DNA of 53,327 nt from Prorocentrum cordatum. Lineage: Eukaryota. Of this stretch, positions 13,316-24,335 are shown piece after piece (positions within the stretch are counted from its first letter, which is position 1; every line of letters starts with the position of its first letter). A model generated the notes under the pieces. It was given only the letters and a program-made list of their open reading frames with translations, was not told the DNA's origin and did not search any database. The stretch lies in contig CAUYUJ010000327.1 of assembly GCA_963575745.1 (NCBI GenBank), forward strand, positions 62,001 through 115,327, written 5' to 3'. A program made the position numbers and the translations under genes.

Positions 13316-13556
13316 ATATATATATATAGAGAGAGCGAGAGAGAGAGAGAGAGACACAGGGAGATAGATAGTTCGGGATCTTTAGAGGCCCTGGGAGCCC
13401 CGATACTATCCCTCTCCACCGTTTCACCGAGATCCAGGAAGGTTGGCCCCCCACGAAGTGGATGTTCACAAACCCAAGCCTCGGATCCCAGATAGCATGA
13501 AGCAGCGCTAGGTAGCAGTGGCAATCTTTGCACGGGCCCCCAAAAAGTCTGCATGG

Positions 13557-13674
13557 CGATCTGTGCGCTGAGCGCGGGCGGCATCGCAGCGGTGGTGGGG
13601 AATCCCGCGGACCTGTCTCTCATCCGCATGCAGTCTGACGCTCTATTACCTGAGGCAGAGCGACGCGGCTACAG
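13557..13674 (+). CDS. DTC: Mitochondrial carrier, middle exon (repeat 2)
   Basis: Manual translation ICALSAGGIAAVVGNPADLSLIRMQSDALLPEAERRGY(R) contains the DTC/OGC motif PADLxLIRMQxD. It ends AG|GC (GC donor at 13675). Too short for the ORF track. Confidence 0.9.
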
Positions 13675-14124
13675 GCACAGCATTCGTTTTGTGTTATGTT
13701 AGTTTGCTTATTCGGCGCACCTTGTTGTTAGCGTCAGGCTTCCATTTGGGCCCAGCTGAGGCCCCATATTCTCTCAGAAGCCGACCGAAGCCTGGCAAAC
13801 CCGTGGCTGCTAAAACGGAGCTCACAGAAATTGTTTTTTCTTCCAAGAATCAGCCCGTTTACTATTTAGTGCCTTGAGCTTGATTCCGGGAATTTGTTTT
13901 TTCATCCGGGAAGACCGTTTTAGCAGCCACGCATTTGCCAGCCCTCGCCCAGCTTCCAATTCTCGAGAGACAAGCCCAGGATGGGAAGCCAAGTGTGGAA
14001 AAATGATGCTGTCGAGGGCTCGGGCGATGGCCTCTGAGACAGGAGGGGTCTGGCTTCTAGGTCCCGGCCCTCGCTTCCAAAAGGGCACACACACACACAC
14101 GTATGTAGCGCTGCATTTAGTAGA

Positions 14125-14318
14125 TCGGGGGCGGTAGAGAGAGGGGTGATGACTAGAAGGGGGGGATACGATTGCGTGGGCCATGATATTTCCTCAGATT
14201 TCATGGCGCCTCTTTGTATTTCATTGCAACCCTGGCCCCCCCCTGGGCCGCGCACATACTGCCGGCCATGATTTGCGCCCCCCCCGCCCCCGGACGCCCC
14301 CCTCTTGGCCGCCCCCGA
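14125..14318. mobile_element. 194-bp MITE in the last carrier intron
   Basis: TIRs tcgggggcggtagagagaggggtg / cgcccccctcttggccgcccccga; related copies at ~25902-26095 and ~35977-36170. Flanked by a 22-bp direct repeat. Confidence 0.8.
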
Positions 14319-14379
14319 ATGTAGCGCTGCATTCAGTAGACAGTCACGCTTCTCACAAACATACTCACGAAGACACCAG

Positions 14380-14839
14380 GCACGTGTTCCACGCGCTGCG
14401 CGTGATCGTGGCGGAGGAGTCGTCGGCGGGCCTCTTCAAGGGAGCCGCCGCTACGGCGACGCGCGCCATGGCCCTCAATTTCGGCATGCTGTCCTTCAGC
14501 TCGAAGGCGAAGGAGCACATCGCAAGCCTGGGATACGCGCCCGGGGGGGGCGCACAGATCTTCGGGGCTGCGGCTGTCGGCGGCTTCTTTGGTGCATTCT
14601 TCTCGCTGCCGTTCGACTTCGTGAAGACGCAGATACAGAAGATGAAGGCAGACCCGGTCACCCAGCAGATGCCCTACAAGGGCCCCGTGGACTGTGTAGT
14701 CAAGACAATGGCTGCTGGTGGGCCGCTTCGGTTTTACGCCGGCTTCCCCACGTATTTCATGCGAACCGCCCCCCTCTCGATGATCACGCTGGTCGCGCAG
14801 GACTTCGTGAGGAATATGTGGGCCAAGGTTGGTCTGTGA
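14380..14839 (+). CDS. DTC: Mitochondrial carrier, last exon (end of repeat 2, repeat 3)
   Basis: CAG acceptor 14377-14379; HVFHALRVIVAEE...RAMALNFGML...LPFDFVKTQIQKMKADP...PYKGPVDC...FYAGFPTYFMRTAP; stop at 14837-14839. The three exons total 888 nt (295 aa + stop). Confidence 0.93.
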
Positions 14840-15540
14840 AGCAGCTGCTCGCGCGCCAGAGAGGCCATGCACAGCAATGGCTGGCCAGTCCAGAACAAAT
14901 CTAGCTCTGGCCGTGCTCTGCTACTTCGCATAGGCTTGCACTGCTCCCGCATTCAGTATTTCAGCAGCTCGGATGCTCTGCTTACGGGCAGTACCTGAAA
15001 CTGCAAGCACAATGTGCGTGGAGCGCATTCCTCTGTGTTCGCACCTCAGGGTGCTTGAACTGTTGCCGCGCCCGATCTCAAGGTGCCTGATTTGCTTGTG
15101 TCCGCACGCGGCCTTCGTGTGAGCTCGCCAACCGGAATGCGTGGAGCGCATCTCTCTATGTTCGCATCTCGAGTGATTGAGCTGCTTGCGGCGCGTGGCA
15201 CCAGAGATAAAAATCGATGCACACCCACATCGCCTCACACTGGCTTACACCGCACTTCATCGTGTGGCGTTGCATCCATTGTGATGCAGAATGGCTATCT
15301 CGAAAACCACCCCTGCGGTGCAATGAGGGGGCCTCGGGCCACTTCGTGACATGTCCTCTGCCGACCCTGGTCGACCAGAACAGTTTTGAGTTGGCATTGG
15401 GTGGTGCGATGGGTTTTGAGTGACAGTTTTGGTGCAGCTCACTCTTCGCACACAATTGCGCGACCATCCCCTCTATTCTGAAAGTTCCCCATTCGCCGCA
15501 GGGAACCACTGGACTTGCAAACTAACCTCCACTTAAACGC

Positions 15541-15562
15541 ACTGAAGGCATTCTGGCTCGTG
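15541..15562 (+). other. Relict dinoflagellate spliced leader (DinoSL)
   Basis: actgaaggcattctggctcgtg matches DCCGTAGCCATTTTGGCTCAAG at 16/22 positions without gaps and ends 57 nt before the ATG. Confidence 0.65.
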
Positions 15563-15618
15563 ATTGCAACTGTGCATCTTCTTGCGCGCGCACGCGACCC
15601 TCAGCCTGTACGACCATC

Positions 15619-16773
15619 ATGTTGGTGCACAAGGCGATGGGTTCTGCGGTGGCTCGTCGATGCGGCCGCGCAGTCGCAAGAGGTCGTTTCTTCTTCTGCA
15701 GCGAGAGCGGGACCAGCGTTGCGGAGCACTCTCGTGATGATGAGACGAAGCGATTGCGACTCATGGTGGCAGTCGGTGGAAATGCTTTGATTCGCCGCGG
15801 CGAGCGATTGACCATCGAAAACCAGCTCAAGGCCGCTCGAGGTGATGCTGCGCCAGCGATCAAGGGCCTCATGGAGAAGCATGAGGTTGTGCTGACACAT
15901 GGGAACGGTCCGCAAGTGGGCGAACTGGCGCTCGAGCGGTCGGCTGCGACTTTCGACGTGCTCGGTGCCGAGTCGCAGGGGCAGATCGGATACATCTTCA
16001 GCCAGGCCTTCGCGAGCATCAACGTGATAGCCGTGCCCTTGTTGACTCAGGTCATCGTCGATCCTGCGGACCCGGCCTTCTCAAATCCTACGAAGTTTGT
16101 CGGACCGGTTTACGGCGCTAAGGAAGCCGAGGCGTTACGACAGGCATTGGGATGGACCGTGAAGCCGGATGGGGAATATTATCGCCGCGTAGTGCCGTCG
16201 CCGCCCCCGCTGAAGATCCTGCAGATCGATGCTGTGAAGACACTGCTGAAGACGCAGACGCCAAATGGGCCATTGCCAATCGTGTGTGGTGGTGGGGGCG
16301 TTCCCGTGACGCGCATGGGCAGTGCGTTTGCAAACATACCCTCGGGTGCTTTTGAGGGTTTGGAGGCAGTCATCGACAAAGACCATTGCGCTGCCTTGGC
16401 GTCCCTTTCGCTCGACGCCGACGCCCTGATCATCATGACCGATGGCGGCGGCATCTGGGAGAATTTCGGGAAGCCACATGCGCGTGAGATGAAGATGGCA
16501 TCAGCCTCGTACCTCAGAAGCGTGCAAGCAGGTGCCAAATTTCCTGGCTCAATGGGCCCGAAGATCGAGGCTGCCTTGTCGTTTGTGGAGCAGTCGCCCA
16601 AGTCAGACGCATGGGCTGCCATCGGCGACCTGAAAGACGCTCAGGAAATATACGGGAACACAGAAGGCACCATGATCAAGAAGGACGTTCCAGGCGACGT
16701 TATCTGGCATGAGCCGAACAGGAAGCGGGAGGCCAGGGGGCAGAAGGTGAGCCGTGTTCCCAGGCACCCGTGA
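15619..16773 (+). CDS. arcC: Carbamate kinase, intronless, with N-terminal mitochondrial-type presequence
   Basis: Motifs AVGGNAL, THGNGPQVG, GAESQGQIGY, DPADPAFSNPTKFVGP, YRRVVPSP, CGGGGVPV, EAVIDKD, GSMGPKIEAA. The N-terminal extension is Arg-rich and lacks acidic residues up to RGRFFFCS. Confidence 0.95.
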   Translation: MLVHKAMGSAVARRCGRAVARGRFFFCSESGTSVAEHSRDDETKRLRLMVAVGGNALIRRGERLTIENQLKAARGDAAPAIKGLMEKHEVVLTHGNGPQVGELALERSAATFDVLGAESQGQIGYIFSQAFASINVIAVPLLTQVIVDPADPAFSNPTKFVGPVYGAKEAEALRQALGWTVKPDGEYYRRVVPSPPPLKILQIDAVKTLLKTQTPNGPLPIVCGGGGVPVTRMGSAFANIPSGAFEGLEAVIDKDHCAALASLSLDADALIIMTDGGGIWENFGKPHAREMKMASASYLRSVQAGAKFPGSMGPKIEAALSFVEQSPKSDAWAAIGDLKDAQEIYGNTEGTMIKKDVPGDVIWHEPNRKREARGQKVSRVPRHP

Positions 16774-18914
16774 GCGAATTTTGATATGTTGATGCGAGTA
16801 GAAGGTGGTTGGTAAGTAGGGCCTGAAGGGTTGGCCAGAGGAGATCTCGCCAACGACGAACGAACACAACAACACACACACATTCAAACGTGCAGATACT
16901 GCTAACATAAGGAAACACATTTTTTCAGTGCGAATTATCTCTGACTGACCGTCTGCGCCATCCTATGTGACTACACCTTTAAACGTCCTCTGGCAGGCGA
17001 TGTCTGATTCAGGCATTGGTTCCGTGCTGGTGGAGCCATTTGCTTCATGCGCGCACGTGCGCATCCTCTTGCGCAAAGTGAACACTACACAAACCGCTCG
17101 CACGGCGCGTAATCGTTATTTCAATGAACCCACCATCTTTGTAATGTTGCCTGGCGTGTGCGGCTGGTGTGGAGCATCGGTTTCAAGTTACCACCTGACT
17201 AGAGCACCTGCTTCAAATACGGGTTCGATGTCATTGTACAGCCCTAGACTGGAGTTCGTCATGCAAATCTCCAAAATCGGTGGGTGTGCGGAAGCACGGC
17301 TTCGACGCGCAGTTCGTCGTATATTCAGGTCCGTCTACCGCCCTCGTGGGGTTCTTCTCGGGGCCATTTTGGGTTTCTGGGTGGCTCTCTGAGGGCCTCT
17401 CGTGCCCATCGTGACACTCCTTCGAGAGCCGTGGGGCCGTTCTGGAGAGTCTTGCGGCCATCCGAGAGAGGAGAGGAGCAGACGGCAGCAGAGAGGGGGA
17501 ACTGCCACTTGCTCCTCTCCCAGAAGGTTCCAGGTCGGCCCACCCCTTCTTCAAGAAGGGGATGGTTGGGTGCCTACTCCTTCAAGAAGGCGGGGCTGGG
17601 CCGACCTCTTCAATAGGCACCGAGACCCCTCCCTTCCTCAAGAAAGGGGGGGTCTTTGGTGCTTACTGATGCCCGCTGAGGTGGTCGGGCCGACTTGGAA
17701 CGTCTTGGGCCCGACCCCCGACGGCCCGGCGCTTTCGAAGCGTTGGCCCCCTTGCCTCTCGACCTCTCCCCGGGGATCGCCCTTGCCGTCGTGGAGGCAC
17801 GCCTGTCGGTGCCCACGGCGAGACGCTCGCCACTGGTGGCGAGGGCGTGGGCCGTCTCCGCGAGCCCTGAGACGGGGGGGGGGAGTGCAACAGGGCGGCA
17901 GCCAGAGCGCCGCAGATTTTTGTCCTGCAGTGCCAGGGGGTGCCTTGACCCTAGGAGGAGGAGGAGGAGGAGGAGGAGGAGGAGGAGGAGGAAGAGGAGG
18001 AGGAGGAGGAGGGCCTGCGTGCAGGACGTCGCAGGATCTTGCAAAAGCCTGACTGGCCCGGGTGTGCACCGAGCCGGGCCAGTGCGTCCACGACGTCTGG
18101 CTGCAGTGCGGAGGCCACCCCTTCACTCGCTCCTCGATCATGTCTGGGGGCTGCCCCGTTCCGTCCCGAGTCGTTTTTCGCGGCGGCCTCGGGGCCCAGG
18201 AAACCCCAGATGTGTCCTCCTCCTCCCCCTCCTCCTCCTCCTCCTCCTCCTCCTCCTCCTCCTGCTCCTCCTCCTCCCCCTCCTCCTCCTCCCCTCCCCC
18301 TCCTCCTCCTCCTCCTCCTCCTCCTCCTCCTCCTCCTCCTCCTCCTCCTCCTCCTCCTACTCCCCCTCTGTCCTCCACCTCCTCAAGAAACAGGTGATAT
18401 GTTGGTAGGGTTCCGGGCTGCGCAGAGACGGCCCCCCCCCAGGTGGTCCCAGCGGGCCTCAGCAGGCCCCCCAGGGGAGCCCCGGCGGGCCGCAGCCCGC
18501 CCCCCGAGCAGTCCAGCACGGCCTCAGCACCGCAGCTCTGGGGCGCGGAGTGCCCAAGGGTAAGGGGAGCCTCGGGAGGCGGCGGGCGCCAGGGTGTGGA
18601 GGCGGCCCCGAACTGCTCGGGGGGCTTGTGGCGGCCCGCTGGGGACTGCTCCGGGGGGCCTGCTGAGAGGCCCGCCGGGACTACCTGGAGGGGATTGTCT
18701 GCGCGCAGCCCGAAGCCTCACCAGGAGACATGCTCTGTTCGCGACGCCGGCTCCGCGAGTGTGTGCACGGCCCTCTGCGCGCAGCGGCGCACGCTCGCGG
18801 GGGCGGCCTCGCGCCCAGAGATGCAGAGCGACGCTCACGGAGTGCAGTGATCGAGCCCTGGTCGGGCGTCATGACGCTTGTCGGGGGGGGCCACGAGGGG
18901 GGTGATGAATTAGG

Positions 18915-19128
18915 GTTGGTACGATAGGAATGGGTACAGAAAGAGTGGGCACAAAGACCGACAGCAGTTCCTGTTCATTCTGAGCAGGACTCGGTGTCGG
19001 TGTCGCCGCGGACGTTGCCCATTTGAGGCAGAAGGCCGCTTGCCCAAAAGAGGCGGTGTCGGCTTGGGACAGCATTGGCTGTTGGGCATCGTGCCCAGCT
19101 TTGTCCGTACACATTCTGGGCGTCCAAG
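18915..19128. mobile_element. MITE related to the element at 35605-35803
   Basis: Colinear similarity (atgggtac..gaa.gagtgggcac...acagcag.tcctgt.cat...ggcttggga.a.catt.g.tgttgggcat.gtgccca) with decayed terminal inverted repeats. Confidence 0.6.
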
Positions 19129-20053
19129 GGTCAACCATGGCCAGGGCCATGATATCTCGCCAGCTTTCACGCCCCCCCCCCTCCTCCTCCTCCCCCTCCT
19201 CCTCCTCCTCCTCCTCCTCCTCCTCCTCCTCCTCCTCCTCTTCTTCCAACGCGTCCCATGCCCCCTCCCCCCCCTCCCCCGTCGTCCCCGCACATGCCTC
19301 GGGCCACGATTTGCGAGCACTCCTCGTGGGCGCTCTCGAGCCTGGGCGCCCCGGACACATTCCCGAAGGACACAGCGATACAGTGGGGGCGCCGGTCAAG
19401 GCATGAGCCCGTGAGGCTTCAGACCCTGGGGGGGGGGCCCCGATCTCCTGAGGGCGGCAATGATATCCATGGCCACTCCGCGACTGGAGTTCCACCAACT
19501 TCCTGACCCTGGATTCCTTCCCTGACATCCGGATCCGACGTTGCGAAACACATTCAACATCGCAAGAATCACAACCGAAGCCCTGGACCCCATTTTTCTG
19601 CTGCATTTGTCGAGCCGGATCGATCCGTGAGGGTCCCGGGGCCCGAAATACGGGGCGAAGTAGAGGAGACGTATGAAAGCGAGGAAGGGGAGCACGATAC
19701 CCCGCCATTTCGACGGCTCGCATTTGGCATCCAGGGCTCAGGAGGAACATTTTCCAGCATATATATATATATATATATATATGTATCCTGGGCCACGTTG
19801 GAGCTAGGTTGGGAGAGTATCGGGGCGTCTAGAGCAGGAGTCTGAACCCCTCAAGATTCGTACAGGGCGAGGAGGACAGCCGAGCATCCCACACGCCTCG
19901 GCACCCATGATTTTTATGCAAGGGGCCGCCTTGAAGGAGACGTGGGTGTCGTTCGTATGGCCCTGCAGGCTGCACGTGAAACGCGCTTACAGGTAGCGGC
20001 CCATTTCAGGAGGACACGGCGTAGGTGCACTGCATTGAGTCCGCGGCGTTGGG

Positions 20054-20088
20054 ATCATCATCAGCAGCAGCACCATGATAATCATCAG

Positions 20089-20139
<51 letters not shown>

Positions 20140-20358
20140 TACCATCACAATCATTACATTCATCACCAGCATTGTCATCGTCATCGTCATCATCAGCATC
20201 ATCAGCATCACCATCATCATCATCATCATCACCTCTCTTCATCACCATCGTCATCCTCATTGTCGTCGCCATCATCATCATCATTTTCTTTGTCGCCATC
20301 GTCATCATCAACATCATTGTCGTTACCATCACAATCATTACACTCATCCTCATCAGCG

Positions 20359-20389
<31 letters not shown>

Positions 20390-22285
20390 TATGATCATCT
20401 TCATCATAATCGTCATCGTCATCGTCAGCATCGTCGTCGTCGTCGTCGTCGCGATCATCATCACAGTCATCATCATCAGCAGCATCGTCATTCTACTCGT
20501 TACCGTCATTGTCACCATCATCATCATTCATCACCAGCATCATCAGCATCACCAGCATCATCATCATCTTCATCCTCATCCTCATCGTCATCATCATCGT
20601 CGTCGTCTCCATCATCATCATCATCATCATCTGCAGCATTATCACCATTACAATCACAATCATTGCACTCATCATCATCTTCATCGTGAGCATCATCATA
20701 TACATAATTTGCATCATTGTCATCGTCATCATCATCGTCGTCGTTGTCGTCGCCATCATCATCAGCATCATCACCATCATCACCATCATTATTATGGACA
20801 GCATCATCATTATCATCACCATCATTGCACTTCTTATCATCGTCGTCATCATCATCATAATCATCAGCATCGCCCTTGCAATCATCATCAGCATCAGCAT
20901 CATCATCGTATTCGCCATCGTCATCGTCCTCATCATCATCCTCGTCGCCGACATCGTCATCATCGACATCATCACCATCATCGTCAGCATAATCATCATT
21001 TTAATGTCCATCATCATCTCCACTATCGGTTGCGTCATGATCATCAGCATCGTCGTCGTCGCCATCATCATCATCATCATCATCATCATCAGCATCATCA
21101 TTACCATCACAATCATAACATTCATCACCATCATCGTCGTCATCAGCTTCACCGTCATCATCATAATCGTCATCATCACCATCACCATCGCTGTTGTCGC
21201 CATCATCATGATCATCATTATCATTGCCGTCGTCACTACCATCCTCATCATCATCATCATCATCGGCATCATCAGTACCACCACAATCCTTTCACTAATC
21301 ACCGTCACCATCATCATCGTCACCCTCATCGCCATCATCATCGTCGCCGTCGTCATCATCGTCATCGTCTTCGTCATCATCAGCATCGTTAGCATCATCG
21401 TCATTTTTATCATCAGCATCAGCATCAGCATCATCATATCATCGTCGTTATCATCATCGTCATCATCATCATCATCGTCATCATCATTATCGTCGTCGTC
21501 GCCATATTCGTCAGCAGCAGCAGCATCATTAAAATCACAGTGATCATACTAATCCCCATCATCGTCATCATCATCATCACCATCAATATCATCAGCATCA
21601 TCGTCATGATCACCATTGTCGTTGTCGCCATCATCATCAGCATCAGCACAATCATCTGCATCATCTTTATCACCATCGCAATCATCACACTCATCACACT
21701 CATCATCACCATCAGCAGCGTCATGGTCGTCATCATCATCATCATGATGATCGTCATCGTCATCGTCATCATCGTCGTCGTCGTCGCCATCATCTTTTTC
21801 ATCATCATCATCATCAGCATCATCATCATCATTATCATCATCATCATCATCATCGCTGTCCTCGCCATTACCATCATTATCATTGTCGTCGTCATTATCA
21901 TCCTCATCATCATCGGCATCATCAGTACCACCACAATCCTTTCACTAATCACCGTCATCATCATCATCATCATCATCGTAACCCTCATCGCCATCATCAT
22001 CGTCGCCGTCGTCATCATCGTCATCGTCTTCGTCATCATCAGCATCGTTAGCATCATCGTCATGTTCATGATCATCATCAGCATCATCATCGTCGTCATC
22101 GTCATCATCACCATCAATATCATCAGCATCATCGTCATGATCATCATCGTCGTTGTCGCCATCATCGTCAGCAGCATCATCATTACAATCACAGTCATCA
22201 CACGTATCCCCATCATCGTCATCATCATCCTCGCCATCAATATCTTCAGCATCATCGTCATGAACATCATCATCGTCGTCGTCGC

Positions 22286-22321
<36 letters not shown>

Positions 22322-22863
22322 AATCTGCATCATCAGCACCATCATGACCATCACAATAATCACATTCATCAACATCATCATCAGCATCATGATCGTCATC
22401 ATCATCATCGTGATCGTCTTCGTCATCGTCATCATCGTCGTCGTTGTCGCCATCATCTTTTTCATCATCATCAGCTCCATCATCATCGCCGCCGTCGCCA
22501 TTATCATCATCAGCTTCATCATCATCATCATCATCAGCATGGCCATCTCAATCATCGCACTCATTACCCCGTCATCGTCGTCATCAGCATTATCATAAGC
22601 ATCATCATTGTCATCAACATCATCATCGTCATCATCATCGTCATCGGCGTCGTCGCCGTCACCATCATCATCATAAGCAGCGTACACCTCAGCATGCTCA
22701 CCCCCCTCAGCATCACTACCAACATCATCACCATCAGCACCAGCATCACCCTCAGCATCACCATCAGCACCAACATCATCCTCAGCATCATCATCATCAT
22801 CATCAGCAGTAGCATCATCATTATCATCATCATCATCATCATCATCATCATTCTCAGCATCAT
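20054..22863. repeat. ~2.8-kb degenerate (ATC/GTC)n microsatellite
   Basis: Directly visible; it contains higher-order duplicated blocks (e.g. 'atcagtaccaccacaatcctttcactaatcaccgtca' near 21271 and 21921). Confidence 0.92.
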
Positions 22864-23003
22864 TAAACTCCTCTTTCTGCTGCTCCCCCCTCCTGCTGCT
22901 GCTCCCCGCCCGCTCCTACAACCAGCCATGCGGTTTCCAGACCGCTGGCCAGAGGCCGCGAGGCGTCTCCGCGCACGAGGGCGCGCGGCGGCGGCGGTGT
23001 GCC

Positions 23004-24290
23004 ATGGCCTCGCCGAGAACGGCCGAGGAGATCGACCAGCTGCTCGACGAGGCTGGCACCATCATAGGGAACATCGAGCGTGATGCGGCAAGAAAGGTGG
23101 GGCGCTCGCCTTCGAGGGCCGAAGGAGAAATTGCCATCGCTTCCTCGGCGGAGGCGAGGCGGCGGAGGGCCGCGGGAGCTGGCCGCCCCCCCCCCCCCAG
23201 GCGGAAGGCCAGCGGCGGAAGCCGGCGGAAGCAAACATCGGCCTGCCACGAGTCAAGCAGTGGCGAAGCGTCCTGGCCCGCCTAGAACCCTACCGAACAA
23301 TGTTCTAAGAGCCTCGTGTGGCTTCCAGGACATGTTTTTAGAACATTTCTGGCGGAGTCTGTCTTGTTTGAACACCTCAGGCTTATGGTCTAAGGACATT
23401 GTTTTTGTTCTTAGAACATTTCTGGGTTCTAAGAGCATTTCGTGGTAGGACTATAGGAATGCCGGGACGGTCGGTCCCTGCCCAAACGAGATGGCAAAGC
23501 TTTTGGTTCAGGGTTCCCGGAACCCGCCAGGTGAAGGCGCAGGCGCACGAGGCGGACATGTTGCGGTGCATCGAGCAGCTGCGGGACTCCATGAGCGCGG
23601 CGATGGGGCCCTCCGAGCGCGGCCTGCTCTGCCAGCTCTTCGGGGGGGACTGCACGCGCATCGCCAGGATACGAGAGACGCTGGCGGCGGCGAAGTTCTC
23701 CACGGAGGCCAACCGCGCGGACCCGCGGACCGTGTCGTGCACGGAGCACTGCAGCATTGTCGAGGGCGTGCTCCGGGACCTGGGCCACGCGGCGGCCCTC
23801 AGCAAGGCCCAGGCCGCCATCGCGAAGCAGATGCTCGCGGAGCGGCAGGCACGCCTGGCCAAGGCGTGGGCCGCGGCGGACTCGGCGGCCGAGGCGGAGG
23901 CGCAGCGCGCGGGAGAGCAGCAGCGGCGCGAGGCGGCGCTCGTGGCAGGGGCCGTGCGAGGGGCGGCGCTCGGATCGCTGCCCGTAGCGGCCGCTCGGCC
24001 GCCGCCCAGGGGGGCCGCCGAGGCCGCCGCCGAGGAGCCCTCGGCTGCGGCGGCCGCCGAGGCGCCCGCCGAGGTGCCCTCGGCCGCGGCGGCGGCCGAG
24101 GCGCAGGTCGTCGACGAGCCGCCGCCCGCGGCGGCCGCCGACGAACCGCAGGCCGCGGCGGCGGCCGAGGCGCAAGCCGCCGAGGATCCGCCGGCCGCCG
24201 CGGCCGCGGAGGCGCAGGCCGCCCAGGAGCCGCCAGCCGCGGAGCCGCCGGCGCCAGAGCCGACTGCCGGGCCGGTCGTGGAGGCGTGGA
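23004..24290 (+). CDS. Hypothetical spliced Ala/Glu-rich protein (exons 23004-23096 and 23531-~24290)
   Basis: gccATGg start, AAG|GT donor at 23097 and CAG acceptor at 23530 join in frame (…RDAARK/VKAQAHEADM…). Third positions are strongly G/C. Coiled-coil-like region, then AAAAEA repeats; the 3' end is uncertain (the frame stays open to 24382). Confidence 0.5.
23251..23487 (+). repeat. ~235-bp interspersed repeat with tgttctaagaac-type palindromes, copy 1
   Basis: Starts tcaagcagtggcgaagcgtcctggc and ends atgccgggacggtcggt(c/t)cctgc; second copy at ~24336-24572. Confidence 0.8.
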
Positions 24291-24335
24291 GGCAGAGCCG
24301 CCTGTACGATCTGCTGTACGGTTCCCAGCCACAGG

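Larger units (their letters stand above)
8398..13556. mobile_element. Decayed TIR-bounded insertion forming the 5164-nt intervening sequence of the carrier gene (introner-like, non-canonical ends)
   Basis: Left end ccgtgctgacttttgggggc versus reverse complement of the right end ccatgcagactttttgggggc; patchy inverted similarity extends ~90 bp. A further inverted pair lies at ~8626-8655 / ~13370-13398. Flanks are ccatt and cgatc. Confidence 0.7.

Noticed and set aside
8348..13547. Alternative GC-AG splice using the shared gcatggcga in both exons
   Set aside because: It would delete the SVPGEPLPFWK segment, which aligns with the PLP linker before helix 3 of DTC carriers.
20006..22929. Long poly-Ile/His/Met ORFs (also poly-Leu/Thr/Tyr/Val/Pro ORFs at 25162-25914, 45699-47310 and 50200-53185)
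   Set aside because: Artefacts of trinucleotide microsatellites.
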